A model generated the notes under the pieces. It did not search any database. It worked only from the letters and a program-made list of their open reading frames with translations, and was not told the DNA's origin. The position numbers were made by a program, and so were the translations under genes. Of a stretch of 43,607 nt of DNA, positions 1 through 9,300 are shown piece by piece; position 1 is the stretch's first letter; each line of letters begins with the position of its first letter. Source of the stretch: an uncultured bacterium (GTDB taxonomy: Bacteria; CAYUVA01); assembly GCA_964448115.1 (NCBI GenBank), contig CAYUVA010000006.1, forward strand, positions 1-43,607. The letters run 5' to 3'.

Positions 1-1
1 C

Positions 2-883
2 TCGGCTCTCACTCCTTGGATCATACAAGTAACTAAGCTAGCTGTATCCATAGCTCCGCAAGACCTCAGGGAGTCTTTCGAAAAAAGCAAGAAAAGCCTA
101 TCTGCAACGCTTGATAAGGAGAAATTGGATGAACTGAAGAAAACCATTGAATCAAAGATAAGTGATATAAGCCAGGCAGCGACCGAGGCGATGAAACAGG
201 GGGAGTTGGAAAGCTTAAAGGAAAATATAGAGGATGCCTTAAAATCAAAGGGGGTAATGAAAATGCTCGATAATATTACTTGGTTTGGACATGCATCGTT
301 CATGGTCAAATCCGGGGATATGGTTATATATATCGATCCCTGGAAGATCTCAAAAGGTGAACCGGCGGATATAATCCTGGTTAGCCATACCCACTACGAT
401 CACCTGAGCGAGAAGGATATCAATAAGCTAAGCAAGCCGGATACGATCATCGTAACCACCAGCGACGGCGCCGAGCAACTCAAGGGAAAGGACACTCGCA
501 TTCTAAAGCCGAATGAATCACTGACCATCAAGGGGATCAAGATCGAAGGGACAGCGGCTTACAACATCGGCAAGCGATTTCACCCAAAGGAGAACCAGTG
601 GCTCGGATTCATAGTGAATCTGCCCGAAGGTCGGCTATACTACGCCGGCGATACCGATCTCATACCACGGATGAAGGAGCTTGAGAATATCACCATCGCC
701 CTGTTACCTGTCGGCGGAACCTACACCATGGACGCCAAGGAGGCTGCACAAGCGGCAAACAGCTTTAATCCTAAGGTGGCAATCCCCTACCACTGGGGCG
801 ATATAGTTGGCTCAAAGGAAGATGCCCTAGAATTCAAGCAGCTTTGTAAACAGGCGGTGAAGATCCTGGAACCAGTTGATTGA
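2..883 (+). CDS. MBL-fold metallo-hydrolase (UPF0173/UlaG-like), in frame with an upstream helical region open from the window edge (5'-partial; possible CvpA-family fusion). The MBL part can start at ATG 257/263.
   Basis: Motifs ITWFGHASF, IDP, SHTHYDH, FHPK, YYAGDT, LPVGG and PYHWG. The frame has no stop from nt 2 to 883. A GGGGG RBS-like run precedes ATG 257. Confidence 0.88.
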   Translation, partial: SALTPWIIQVTKLAVSIAPQDLRESFEKSKKSLSATLDKEKLDELKKTIESKISDISQAATEAMKQGELESLKENIEDALKSKGVMKMLDNITWFGHASFMVKSGDMVIYIDPWKISKGEPADIILVSHTHYDHLSEKDINKLSKPDTIIVTTSDGAEQLKGKDTRILKPNESLTIKGIKIEGTAAYNIGKRFHPKENQWLGFIVNLPEGRLYYAGDTDLIPRMKELENITIALLPVGGTYTMDAKEAAQAANSFNPKVAIPYHWGDIVGSKEDALEFKQLCKQAVKILEPVD

Positions 884-895
884 GCGTGGAATTAT

Positions 896-2587
896 TCAGT
901 CGCCGCCAAGATCGAGATCGACCTTGATGGTCGATGCCCAGGCACTACCGAGCCTTACGAACCCAAGCGGATCATAAAATAAGTCATGGACATAAGTCCT
1001 ATGCGCCCATACCCGGCAGGGGAATGATAAGTATATAACGCTGTAATCCTCAATAATATAAGGCAATATCTCCAGGTAAGCCAGGTTGCTATCTATCGAG
1101 GGATCGATCTTCTTTTGGGTAATCAGATAATCCACGGTTTGGTTGGCAAAACCGGTCTTGTTATGTCTTGAGGTGGAAAGGTAATTATCATCGATATACC
1201 CACCTGGTTGTCCGCTTCTAAGATAAGGCGCCCAGGAGCCAAGCGCTGCCTGGTAGGTGCCTACCTGCTCATCCTTTTCTCCATAGACTCTTTTCAGCCA
1301 GCCTTGTTTATTCAGAGCCACTAAGGTCGCCTGGATATCATATTTATTCCACATTTTCTCAAGCACCTGCGCTGCCTTTACATAAGTGGGATCGGTCGGA
1401 TGAATCAGGGTAAATTGGAGTGGATTATCTTTGCCGTAACCAGCTTTTGCCAATAATTGTCGTGCTAGCAGCGGGTTGTATTTCTGACCACTTATATCAC
1501 CTAGACCGGGCAAAATCCCATCCGGCAGCGGCTTGTAGGCTGGCTTGCCGAATTCGCCAAAGACCTGCTCGGTCAGTACCTGGCGGTCAATACAGGCAGA
1601 TAATGCTTGCCGAACCGTTTTATTATCGAATGGTTTTGCTTCGGAATTTAGATATACCTGTAGGATCTCCCCCTTTTTATAACAATGATAGCGACGATAT
1701 CGGTTTTTCAAGGCGTCCTGCGTAATATATCCCCTGCTAATCTGATTTATAATCGAGACTCGTCCGCGCAGGAAGTCATCCATGAGCTGATACCCATCAG
1801 CAGGGGGATTGATGATCACCCTTCTGACATAAGGAAGACTTGCCTCCAGCTTAAAGCGCTGCTTTTGCCCTAGCCTCCTAGTCCATTCATCCCATCCTAA
1901 GCTCAGTAGGCTAATGTGCCTGCCAGCGGATATGGCGGATTCTCTGAGATACTGCTCGAGCGCCTTGGTTTGCCAGTAATCCTCGTTCCATAATAAAATG
2001 GTGACTCCATCCTGGCTCCACTTAAATAGTCGATAAGGTCCGGTTCCGATAGCATACCCATGCCCATAGTCCGTAATATTATCCACCGCCTTGGGGGACA
2101 GCGCATAAAGCCGGGGATGGCAAAGAAGCTCAAGAAACCGAGGATCGTATCTATGCAAGGTGATCTTTAGAAGAAATGTATCCACCGCTTCCATGGATGC
2201 GATAGTTCTAAAAAGCCTTGTCTGCTGGCTCATCCCGGAATTCAGTATCAACCTATTGAGGGTATAGACCATGCATCTGGCATCGAAGGGCTCCCGGTTG
2301 TGGAAGCGTACATCCTCCCGAAGTGGTACCAGGTAGGTTTTATCCGTAATCTTCTCCGGGAAGTCCTTTGCCAACAGCGGATAGATGGCTCCATTTTCGG
2401 TCTTTGCGTACAAGCCTTCCTGTATATTGCCGATTACCAATAGATCGCTCGATGACAACATGTTTTGGGAATCGAGTTCTTTTATCGGCTCGTTAATCCC
2501 GATAACCAGGGTGCTGCCATGTGCTGGTATGGAAAGCGTTTCACCAAGGGCATGGCTAAGGTTGCCAAGTATATAAAGCAGTGCCAT
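896..2587 (-). CDS. ABC transporter substrate-binding protein, family 5 (OppA/DppA-like); the true start may lie further upstream
   Basis: Motifs PLLA, LREDVRFHN.EPFDA, IGTGPY, PFDNKTVRQALS..IDR and YNP..ARQLLAKAGY; hydrophobic N-terminus. Confidence 0.85.
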   Translation of the reverse strand: MALLYILGNLSHALGETLSIPAHGSTLVIGINEPIKELDSQNMLSSSDLLVIGNIQEGLYAKTENGAIYPLLAKDFPEKITDKTYLVPLREDVRFHNREPFDARCMVYTLNRLILNSGMSQQTRLFRTIASMEAVDTFLLKITLHRYDPRFLELLCHPRLYALSPKAVDNITDYGHGYAIGTGPYRLFKWSQDGVTILLWNEDYWQTKALEQYLRESAISAGRHISLLSLGWDEWTRRLGQKQRFKLEASLPYVRRVIINPPADGYQLMDDFLRGRVSIINQISRGYITQDALKNRYRRYHCYKKGEILQVYLNSEAKPFDNKTVRQALSACIDRQVLTEQVFGEFGKPAYKPLPDGILPGLGDISGQKYNPLLARQLLAKAGYGKDNPLQFTLIHPTDPTYVKAAQVLEKMWNKYDIQATLVALNKQGWLKRVYGEKDEQVGTYQAALGSWAPYLRSGQPGGYIDDNYLSTSRHNKTGFANQTVDYLITQKKIDPSIDSNLAYLEILPYIIEDYSVIYLSFPCRVWAHRTYVHDLFYDPLGFVRLGSAWASTIKVDLDLGGD

Positions 2588-2622
2588 AGCCGCGCATAAG
2601 AGAAAAAAGGTTCCTGGTGTTT

Positions 2623-2660
2623 TCTCCCTCGAAACTTGGGAGGGGACAAGGGAGGAAGGA
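2623..2660 (-). repeat. REP-like C/G-rich palindromic element, copy 1
   Basis: The minus strand reads CCTCCCTTGTCCCCTCCC-AAGTTTC-GAGGGAG, which resembles the element at 29436-29486. Confidence 0.45.
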
Positions 2661-2701
2661 TAGATTATTGCAGGTTTTGCTCGATGAATCTTCGATACCC
2701 T

Positions 2702-3715
2702 CTAGAATGAGAATTCCTTCTTCTTCGACATTGAGATTAGGTCTTGGCTAGTAACCGGCACTATGCCTGACTCCTTAACCTCCGCATCCAATGCGAGACT
2801 CGCAACCTTGGTTGTGGTCAAGATATCGCACTTTGCGCCTAGCGCTATTGCAGCAGTGGAAGTAATAATATCCCCGGTGCCTGAAAGCTCGTAAACACCG
2901 CGACTGAATGTGGGGACAAAAATAGGATCCTGGCTGTTGGATACTAGATGGATGCCGCGATCTCCCTTGAAGGTTATAAGATGGCGACAATCCACCAATT
3001 CCTTCATCTTCACCACCAATCGATCCTCCTGGTCTATACGATAGAAATAGTTACGATATACGAACTCACCTGCATCCTCTTGGCTACTAATCAAAAGATC
3101 GATATTGTGGAACTTTGTGAAGTTATTGGGTCGGCTATAAACTACGGTAGTGATGTTGTACTTCTCAGCTATTTTGAGGACCTTGTGGCAGAAGTCCTGG
3201 TCGGTCAGCACCCCCTTGTCGAAGTCAGCCATGATAAGCACATCCACATCCGGTATGAAAGACTCGATGAAGCCATACAAGGTCGCTTTTTCCTCCTCGT
3301 GCAGCGGAGCAGTAACCTCACGATCTAAGCGAAGGTACTGCTGATGAAAGGTCTCGGACATGACCCGGATCTTCTGGGTGGTCGGTCTATGGTTGGAGGG
3401 GAAGATGCCGGCAGTGCCAATGCCGGTCTTGAGCACCTCCTTACGGAAGTAGTGAGCCGCGTCATCGAATCCGATAAGTCCACAAAGTTGAACATCAGCG
3501 CCCAGAACCTTGCAGTTTAATCCGATGTTAGCTGCACCGCCTATATAGTATTCCTCGAAGTGGATCTTCACTACCTGCACTGGAGCCTCGGTAGATAGGC
3601 GGGCGCCATCTGCCCACAAGTACTTATCGGTCATGAGATCCCCGACCACTATAGTCTTTATTCCCTTGAACTTCGGAAGGATCTCCTCAAGGTGTTCGGT
3701 GAAGCTTTTTCCCAT
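2702..3715 (-). CDS. PfkB-family kinase, RfaE/HldE domain I (heptose-7-phosphate kinase)-like, divergent
   Basis: Motifs VVGDLMTDKY, RLSTEAPV.V, GGAANIG, RPTTQKIRV, QQYLRLDRE, DFDKGVL and SGTGD. The start is ATG 3715 or TTG 3718. Confidence 0.8.
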   Translation of the reverse strand: MGKSFTEHLEEILPKFKGIKTIVVGDLMTDKYLWADGARLSTEAPVQVVKIHFEEYYIGGAANIGLNCKVLGADVQLCGLIGFDDAAHYFRKEVLKTGIGTAGIFPSNHRPTTQKIRVMSETFHQQYLRLDREVTAPLHEEEKATLYGFIESFIPDVDVLIMADFDKGVLTDQDFCHKVLKIAEKYNITTVVYSRPNNFTKFHNIDLLISSQEDAGEFVYRNYFYRIDQEDRLVVKMKELVDCRHLITFKGDRGIHLVSNSQDPIFVPTFSRGVYELSGTGDIITSTAAIALGAKCDILTTTKVASLALDAEVKESGIVPVTSQDLISMSKKKEFSF

Positions 3716-3771
3716 CAATATAATAAAGACCCTTATTTATTGGATCTCGTCTCCTTTCTATTGATATTTTA

Positions 3772-3843
3772 TGGAGATGAGGGGACTCGAACCCCCGACT
3801 TCCACCTTGCGAAGGTGGCGCTCTCCCGCTGAGCTACATCCCC
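3772..3843 (-). tRNA. tRNA-Ala, anticodon CGC; 3' CCA not encoded
   Basis: The reverse complement is GGGGATGTAGCTCAGCGGGAGAGCGCCACCTTCGCAAGGTGGAAGTCGGGGGTTCGAGTCCCCTCATCTCCA. It has an acceptor stem with G3:U70, anticodon stem CCACC/GGTGG with loop TTCGCAA, T-loop GTTCGAG and discriminator A. Confidence 0.97.
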
Positions 3844-4071
3844 GCTTTAAACGCTTAGATCGGCAAGGAGTTCCTTTAGGTATTTTTCTAATTATGAAAG
3901 AACAAAAGCATCATAAGCCAACCCTGCCATGAAACAGGGGCAGAAACAATTTTATATCAGTATTATTTAAAAGTTCAAATTAGGTGTAACGGTAAAATAA
4001 GCAAGTGGATTTGATGGATTTTAGGGATCTTAACCTTGGTTTTGGCTTAACAAATCTTGAATTTCAACAGC

Positions 4072-4836
4072 TTAAGCCGGGGATTGATTCAGGGCATTCT
4101 CCAGATAGCGGCGAGTTACATCGAACTTGGCAGTCAAGTACTTCAGGCACGCTTTCATTGAAGCCTTCTCGCCATACAATGTAATCCAGTTTCCCTTCCA
4201 GAGAATGGCTCTACCAGATAGCTGGGTAGGCCAGCCTAAAAAACAGTATGGCTGGGTGCGAAAATGGCTGAAAATGTCGCTATATTTCAGCGAATCGCTA
4301 ATTCCCATCTCATAGAGATGCTTATTAGCATCATCAACATCATAGACCGGGGAGATATATTTTACATCATATTCTGCTAAGAAATCGCCCAGAGCCTGCA
4401 TTATCTCCGGCTTCTGCTCAGGAAAAAATGCCTGCGACTTGCTGGCACCAGCGGCGATATATTTTATATTATTTTGCAGGCAATAGCGTAATCCAAGGGT
4501 GAACATGCCCAGCTTGCACCCCATGCAAAGGTGAGTGGTACACATCCAGTAATATCCGAATTTCTTACAGTCTCCCCAGAAACCCTTGAAGTGAATGCGC
4601 TTGTAGATATCATTCATATCCTCGAAGTGATATATAAAGCGATCGGGGAACTTTTCCATCATCCTTTTCACCCGGATCTCTATTTTTTTTAACCCTGCCA
4701 TGCCGAAGTGCTCGTAAGAAACAAGGTGCACTTTCCGATGATCATCGAGAAGTTTTATCGCTGATAAGGTCGAATCCGCCCCCCCAGAGAACAACACCAC
4801 GCAATCTCCAGGGTTCAGAGTATGCCTTCCCTCCAT
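4072..4836 (-). CDS. PP-loop ATP pyrophosphatase (adenine nucleotide alpha-hydrolase superfamily) with CxxC plus a distal Cys
   Basis: Motifs VVLFSGGADS, HLCMGCK and QPYC. There is no C-terminal QueC-type Cys cluster. Confidence 0.75.
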   Translation of the reverse strand: MEGRHTLNPGDCVVLFSGGADSTLSAIKLLDDHRKVHLVSYEHFGMAGLKKIEIRVKRMMEKFPDRFIYHFEDMNDIYKRIHFKGFWGDCKKFGYYWMCTTHLCMGCKLGMFTLGLRYCLQNNIKYIAAGASKSQAFFPEQKPEIMQALGDFLAEYDVKYISPVYDVDDANKHLYEMGISDSLKYSDIFSHFRTQPYCFLGWPTQLSGRAILWKGNWITLYGEKASMKACLKYLTAKFDVTRRYLENALNQSPA

Positions 4837-5034
4837 AACAATATCCCCGAGTTTCTTTATTCATGCTAATTTATATCGAAATTTACCATTCATTCATCGA
4901 TAGGTCAAGCACTAGAAAAAAAAAAGAGTATTGTGGTGGTCAATAAATTGAGCATAAAGTCAAAACACCCAAGTCTTGAACTAATGAACCTTATGTTATA
5001 AAAGCCTTAACTTGTGGAATAAAGAATTCATGTC

Positions 5035-6030
5035 GTGAAATCGGTGGTCAAGACAATAGCCGGTGTTCTCATAAGCGGCGTATTCCTGTATCTTGCCCTG
5101 CACAATGTCAAGTGGCACGAGATGCTCGAAGCCCTGGTGGGCGTTAGACTCTCATGGCTAATTGCTTCAGTGGTTGTATATTTTTTATCCATGGTAGTTC
5201 GTTCCCTGCGCTGGAGCATTCTTCTGCACCCAGTTAAGCGGATAAATCCCGTTCGTTTGTTCCCGTCGGTTATCATCGGTTATGCCACCAATAATATCCT
5301 CCCCCTGCGGATGGGTGAGTTCGTTCGCGCCTATGTATCGGGCGTTAGAGAGGGTGTAAGCCGCAGCGCCTCATTCGCAACCATAATCATAGAACGTATC
5401 TTCGATGGATTGACCATGATCGCCATCTTACTTGCCACCATGGCTTTATTCAGCAAGTCAGCAAGTACCTCGTGGCGGTTTTTAGACTATACACTTATCA
5501 TCACCAGCATCATTTTTATCGGCGCACTGGCATTTTTCTTTGCGCTTATATTTTTTGAGAAAAAAACAAAAAATTTAATAGATTGGCTCAGCAGACTGCT
5601 CCCTAATAAAATAGAGGATCTTGTCAACCACATTTTGCAAAGGTTCTTAAGCGGATTAACGGTACTAAGATCCGGGGGCAATCTAGTGCTGGTAGCCCTG
5701 TTATCCCTAGCCGCCTGGAGCTGCGAGGGGATCATGTATTTCTTTACCGCCCAGGCGATGGGGCTCGAAGGATTGGGATTAGGTAAAAACCTGATGGTGC
5801 TGGCAGTGGTAAATCTGGTGATCATGATCCCGGCAGCGCCTGGATTCGTCGGCACCTTCGAGTTCTCCTGTAAAAAGACCATGGCTTTATTCGGGGTAAC
5901 AGCCTCCACCGCTGCTGGGTATGCTATCGTTCTACATGCAGCACAGTATCTGCCCATAACTCTACTGGGAATCTATTATCTTGCCCGATACAACATCTCC
6001 CTCAAGGAAGCCTCCATACAAGACAAATAA
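5035..6030 (+). CDS. Lysylphosphatidylglycerol synthase TM-domain / flippase-like membrane protein (UPF0104/YbhN/AglD2-like)
   Basis: Multi-TM protein with RSLRW, GYATNNILPLRMGEFVR, ATIIIERIFD and IPAAPGFVGTFE. Confidence 0.88.
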   Translation: MKSVVKTIAGVLISGVFLYLALHNVKWHEMLEALVGVRLSWLIASVVVYFLSMVVRSLRWSILLHPVKRINPVRLFPSVIIGYATNNILPLRMGEFVRAYVSGVREGVSRSASFATIIIERIFDGLTMIAILLATMALFSKSASTSWRFLDYTLIITSIIFIGALAFFFALIFFEKKTKNLIDWLSRLLPNKIEDLVNHILQRFLSGLTVLRSGGNLVLVALLSLAAWSCEGIMYFFTAQAMGLEGLGLGKNLMVLAVVNLVIMIPAAPGFVGTFEFSCKKTMALFGVTASTAAGYAIVLHAAQYLPITLLGIYYLARYNISLKEASIQDK

Positions 6031-6184
6031 TAGAAGGTGAAATTACAAAAATTGTCAATGATTACGAAAATTTAACTGGATTCAAAGATGCTTGGACATA
6101 AAATATTTTTTACAAAATCCCCATTTACTTGAAGATCTACGGATCAAGACAGATCAATTTTTCTGATCATTGCCCCTTGTACAA

Positions 6185-6200
6185 TGGCACGAAAGTTGCT
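6185..6200 (+). promoter_or_regulatory. Sigma-54 (-24/-12) promoter
   Basis: TGGCACGAAAGTTGCT is an exact match to TGGCACG-N4-TTGCW. It lies in AT-rich intergenic DNA ~115 nt upstream of ATG 6317. Confidence 0.8.
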
Positions 6201-6222
6201 AAAGTTAGTCATGGACAAATTT

Positions 6223-6255
6223 ATCATTGACAAATGATGGGAAAGGTATTACATT
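6223..6255 (+). promoter_or_regulatory. Sigma-70-like promoter with a palindromic operator over the -35 element
   Basis: TTGACA (6227-6232), a 17-nt spacer and TACATT (6250-6255). The inverted repeat ATCATT-GACA-AATGAT spans 6223-6238. Confidence 0.6.
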
Positions 6256-6316
6256 AATGAGCAAGGGCGTAGCGGATGGTTTTCATCCATGCATCTTATA
6301 TAAGGCGAGGACTATT

Positions 6317-9300
6317 ATGAGATCAAAGAAACCGCAAACAAATATCCTTTTTTTACTGTTAGCATGCCTACTGGTTATTCCGGGGTTATCAATAGCTGAC
6401 CAAGATGAAGAGGCTGCCCAGGTCGTAAAACCAGTGGAACGACCCTATTTGCCTCACCCAAAGGCTTCAGAGGTGATCCTTAGCACTAATAAGCCTTTAG
6501 CTCTGAACCCAGAGTACCAATCGGCTGATGGGATGCTTCAGTATCAATATAACAATGTGGAGTTGGAGGACCTGTTTGTATTTCCAGCCACAGGACCGGA
6601 TTTTGGGATCGATGTCATTGACTCCAAGGATGCAGCCAGGACAGCCAGCGATGCCAAGCAGAATCTATTGCTTTGGAGCACCATGAACGCAGGAGCCTCC
6701 TGGATATCCTATAATAATGTCTGCGATGGTGCCCCAAAGGCTTCATCCTTCAAGGTAGATCAAGCGCAGGGAGCTTTGGTTACGAACTGGGTTGTCGCTC
6801 TCTCCAGGGAGAGCACGACCGAGGACTATTACTATTTATCCATAAATCACATGGGTGCGACAGAGAGCACTGTAGGAGCTGCAACCGGTATCGGGTACTA
6901 CCTTTGGCCTGCTGGGGATCCTAGTTTCAATTATTGGACAGGCACCATCTCTGCATATTTCAACAATGGTAATCCGAACCCAGATCCATCGCAGAACCTA
7001 GCCGGTCCTTGGTATTGTGTGGTTATCGATGCAGATAATACATGTCCTAATGGTATTTATTGGTGGTATCATACTGATGGTTATACGAACGGTTCTCGAT
7101 GGGCGTATATAGGCTCGAACTGGACATGGATAAGCAGCCAGGATTACTATTGGGAGTTACATGGCTACTGGCATACAGCCACTCCGACCCGCACTCCGAC
7201 TCGTACCCCAACCCGCACTCCAACTCGTACCCCAACTGCGACCTATACCCCGACCCGGACTCCGACTCGCACTCCGACCGCTACCTATACACCGACTCGT
7301 ACTCCGACCCGGACTCCGACTCGCACCCCGACTGCGACCTATACCCCGACCCGCACCCCGACTCGCACTCCGACCGCCACCTATACCCCGACTCGTACTC
7401 CGACCAACACCTATACGAGCACCCCGACTCGCACCCCGACTAGGACTCCAAGCGCAACTCCAACCCGAACTCCAAGTAGAACCCCAACCCGCACTCCGAC
7501 CGCGACTTATACTCCGACTCGCACCCCCACCAACACCTATACTCGTACCCCGACTCGCACCCCCACCAATACTTATACAAACACCCCAACCAATACTCCG
7601 ACCCGTACCCCGACAGCTACCTATACTCCAACGCGTACCCCGACTCGTACCCCGACCAACACCCCGAGCAACACTCCGAGCATGACCCCGACCCGTACTC
7701 CGACCCGGACCCCGACCCGTACTCCAACCAACACCTATACTAATACTCCAACCCCGACTCGCACCCCGACCCGCACTCCGACCAACACACCGAGTGCCAC
7801 TCCGAGTAATACTCCGAGCAACACTCCGAGCATGACCCCGACTCGCACTCCGACTCGCACTCCGACCAGCACGATGACCCCGACTCGCACTCCAAGCAAC
7901 ACCCCATCTGGTACTCCGACGCATACTCCATCTCGTACCCCGACTCGTACCCCGACCCGTACTCCGAGCAACACCCCAACTATGACTCCTACCGATACGC
8001 CATGCTCAGATGTAGATTTCACCGAGCCATTCGATGATACTACTTATGGTTCGATAGCTTCGCTGCCTGTCGATGGTGATACGGAGCAACACTATATCTG
8101 CTCCTGGTCGCCGAAGGATAAGGACTACTTCTATGTTTATATAGATTCCAACTGGACGATAACGGTAACCACCTCGCAGTTGGGACCCACGGCAGATACT
8201 ATTATATACCTGTACGCGGCGACCTATGTGCCGCCAGGGAGTGGTGGACCGGGCTATGATCTGGATCCGATACCACTAGCCTTCAATGACAACGATCCTA
8301 ACCGGCCGCCGCCGGATCCTGATTGGCGAGCCAGTGCTATTACCGCAGAGGTTGGCGGCGGCGATTACTTCGTGCTCGTGGAGCCGGCGACCTCGGGCTG
8401 GGGTGAAGATGCCTACTACAATATCCAGGCCAACCGCTTTGAGCCTACCAGTACGCCGACTGCGACCGGAACGCCAACCGCAACCGAGACCAATACACCG
8501 ACACTTACTCCGACGGTAACCTTAACGCCGACCAACACGCAGACTGCATTGCCGACCCATACTGCATCCAATACACCAACCATTACACCAAGCGCAACCC
8601 CAAGCCAGACACCGACGCTCACTCCTTCGATGACACCAAGCACCACCCCAACCCAGACCGATACGCATACACCGACCATGACCCCGACATTAACTCCAAC
8701 CGACACTGCTACATCTTCACCAACCATGACCCCAACCGAATCGCCGACCATGACGCCATCCAGCACACCAACGAGCACGGCAACACCATCCAGTACACCA
8801 AGCAATACGCCATCCAGCACACCAAGCAGCACGCCGACCAACTCGCCGACCATGACTCCGAGCAGTACACCATCCAGCACACCGACTAATTCGCCAACTA
8901 GTACACCAACCAACACGCCAACTAATACGCCGTGCTGGTTCGATGATCCAAGAGATTTCCCACCGGGGGATGATGATGCTGCTAATGCGGTCTCATTCGA
9001 CTTCGAGAACATGACCGGAGCCATCTACGAGAACTTCTTCTGCAGCGACACCGACGAGGATTGGTTCAAGTTCCAGGCGAATCAATACGATCATGTCTTC
9101 ATCTGGACTTCCTATATCGGTGAACTGGTGAATGATCACCTCTACCTGTACGACAAGGATCTCTTTGTACTGGCTGATGAGGAAGGCACCGGCACTGGCA
9201 GACCAGGACAGAACTGGAAATCGGATGAGATCTATAACTTCGAGATCCCGCAAACATACACGGGCAGCGACTTTTATTACATAGCCATTGATGTAGAAGA

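Noticed and set aside
896-3718. TAG readthrough or recoding that fuses the kinase and the SBP
   Set aside because: Several genes here end normally in TAG, no pyl genes are visible, and a cytoplasmic kinase fused before a signal peptide is implausible.
3721-4836. Genomic island integrated at tRNA-Ala
   Set aside because: There is no integrase, and I found no duplicate of the tRNA 3' end in the window.
4072-4836. Calling this gene queC
   Set aside because: It has the PP-loop but lacks the QueC C-terminal Cys zinc site, and there are no neighbouring que genes.
6227-6316. TTG 6227 as start of the large protein
   Set aside because: It coincides with the TTGACA -35 box. ATG 6317 has a GAGG RBS and gives a proper signal peptide.
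7175-8932. Possible CRISPR array or non-coding tandem repeat
   Set aside because: The units are degenerate 12-nt codon repeats in frame within a CDS. There are no unique spacers and no cas genes.
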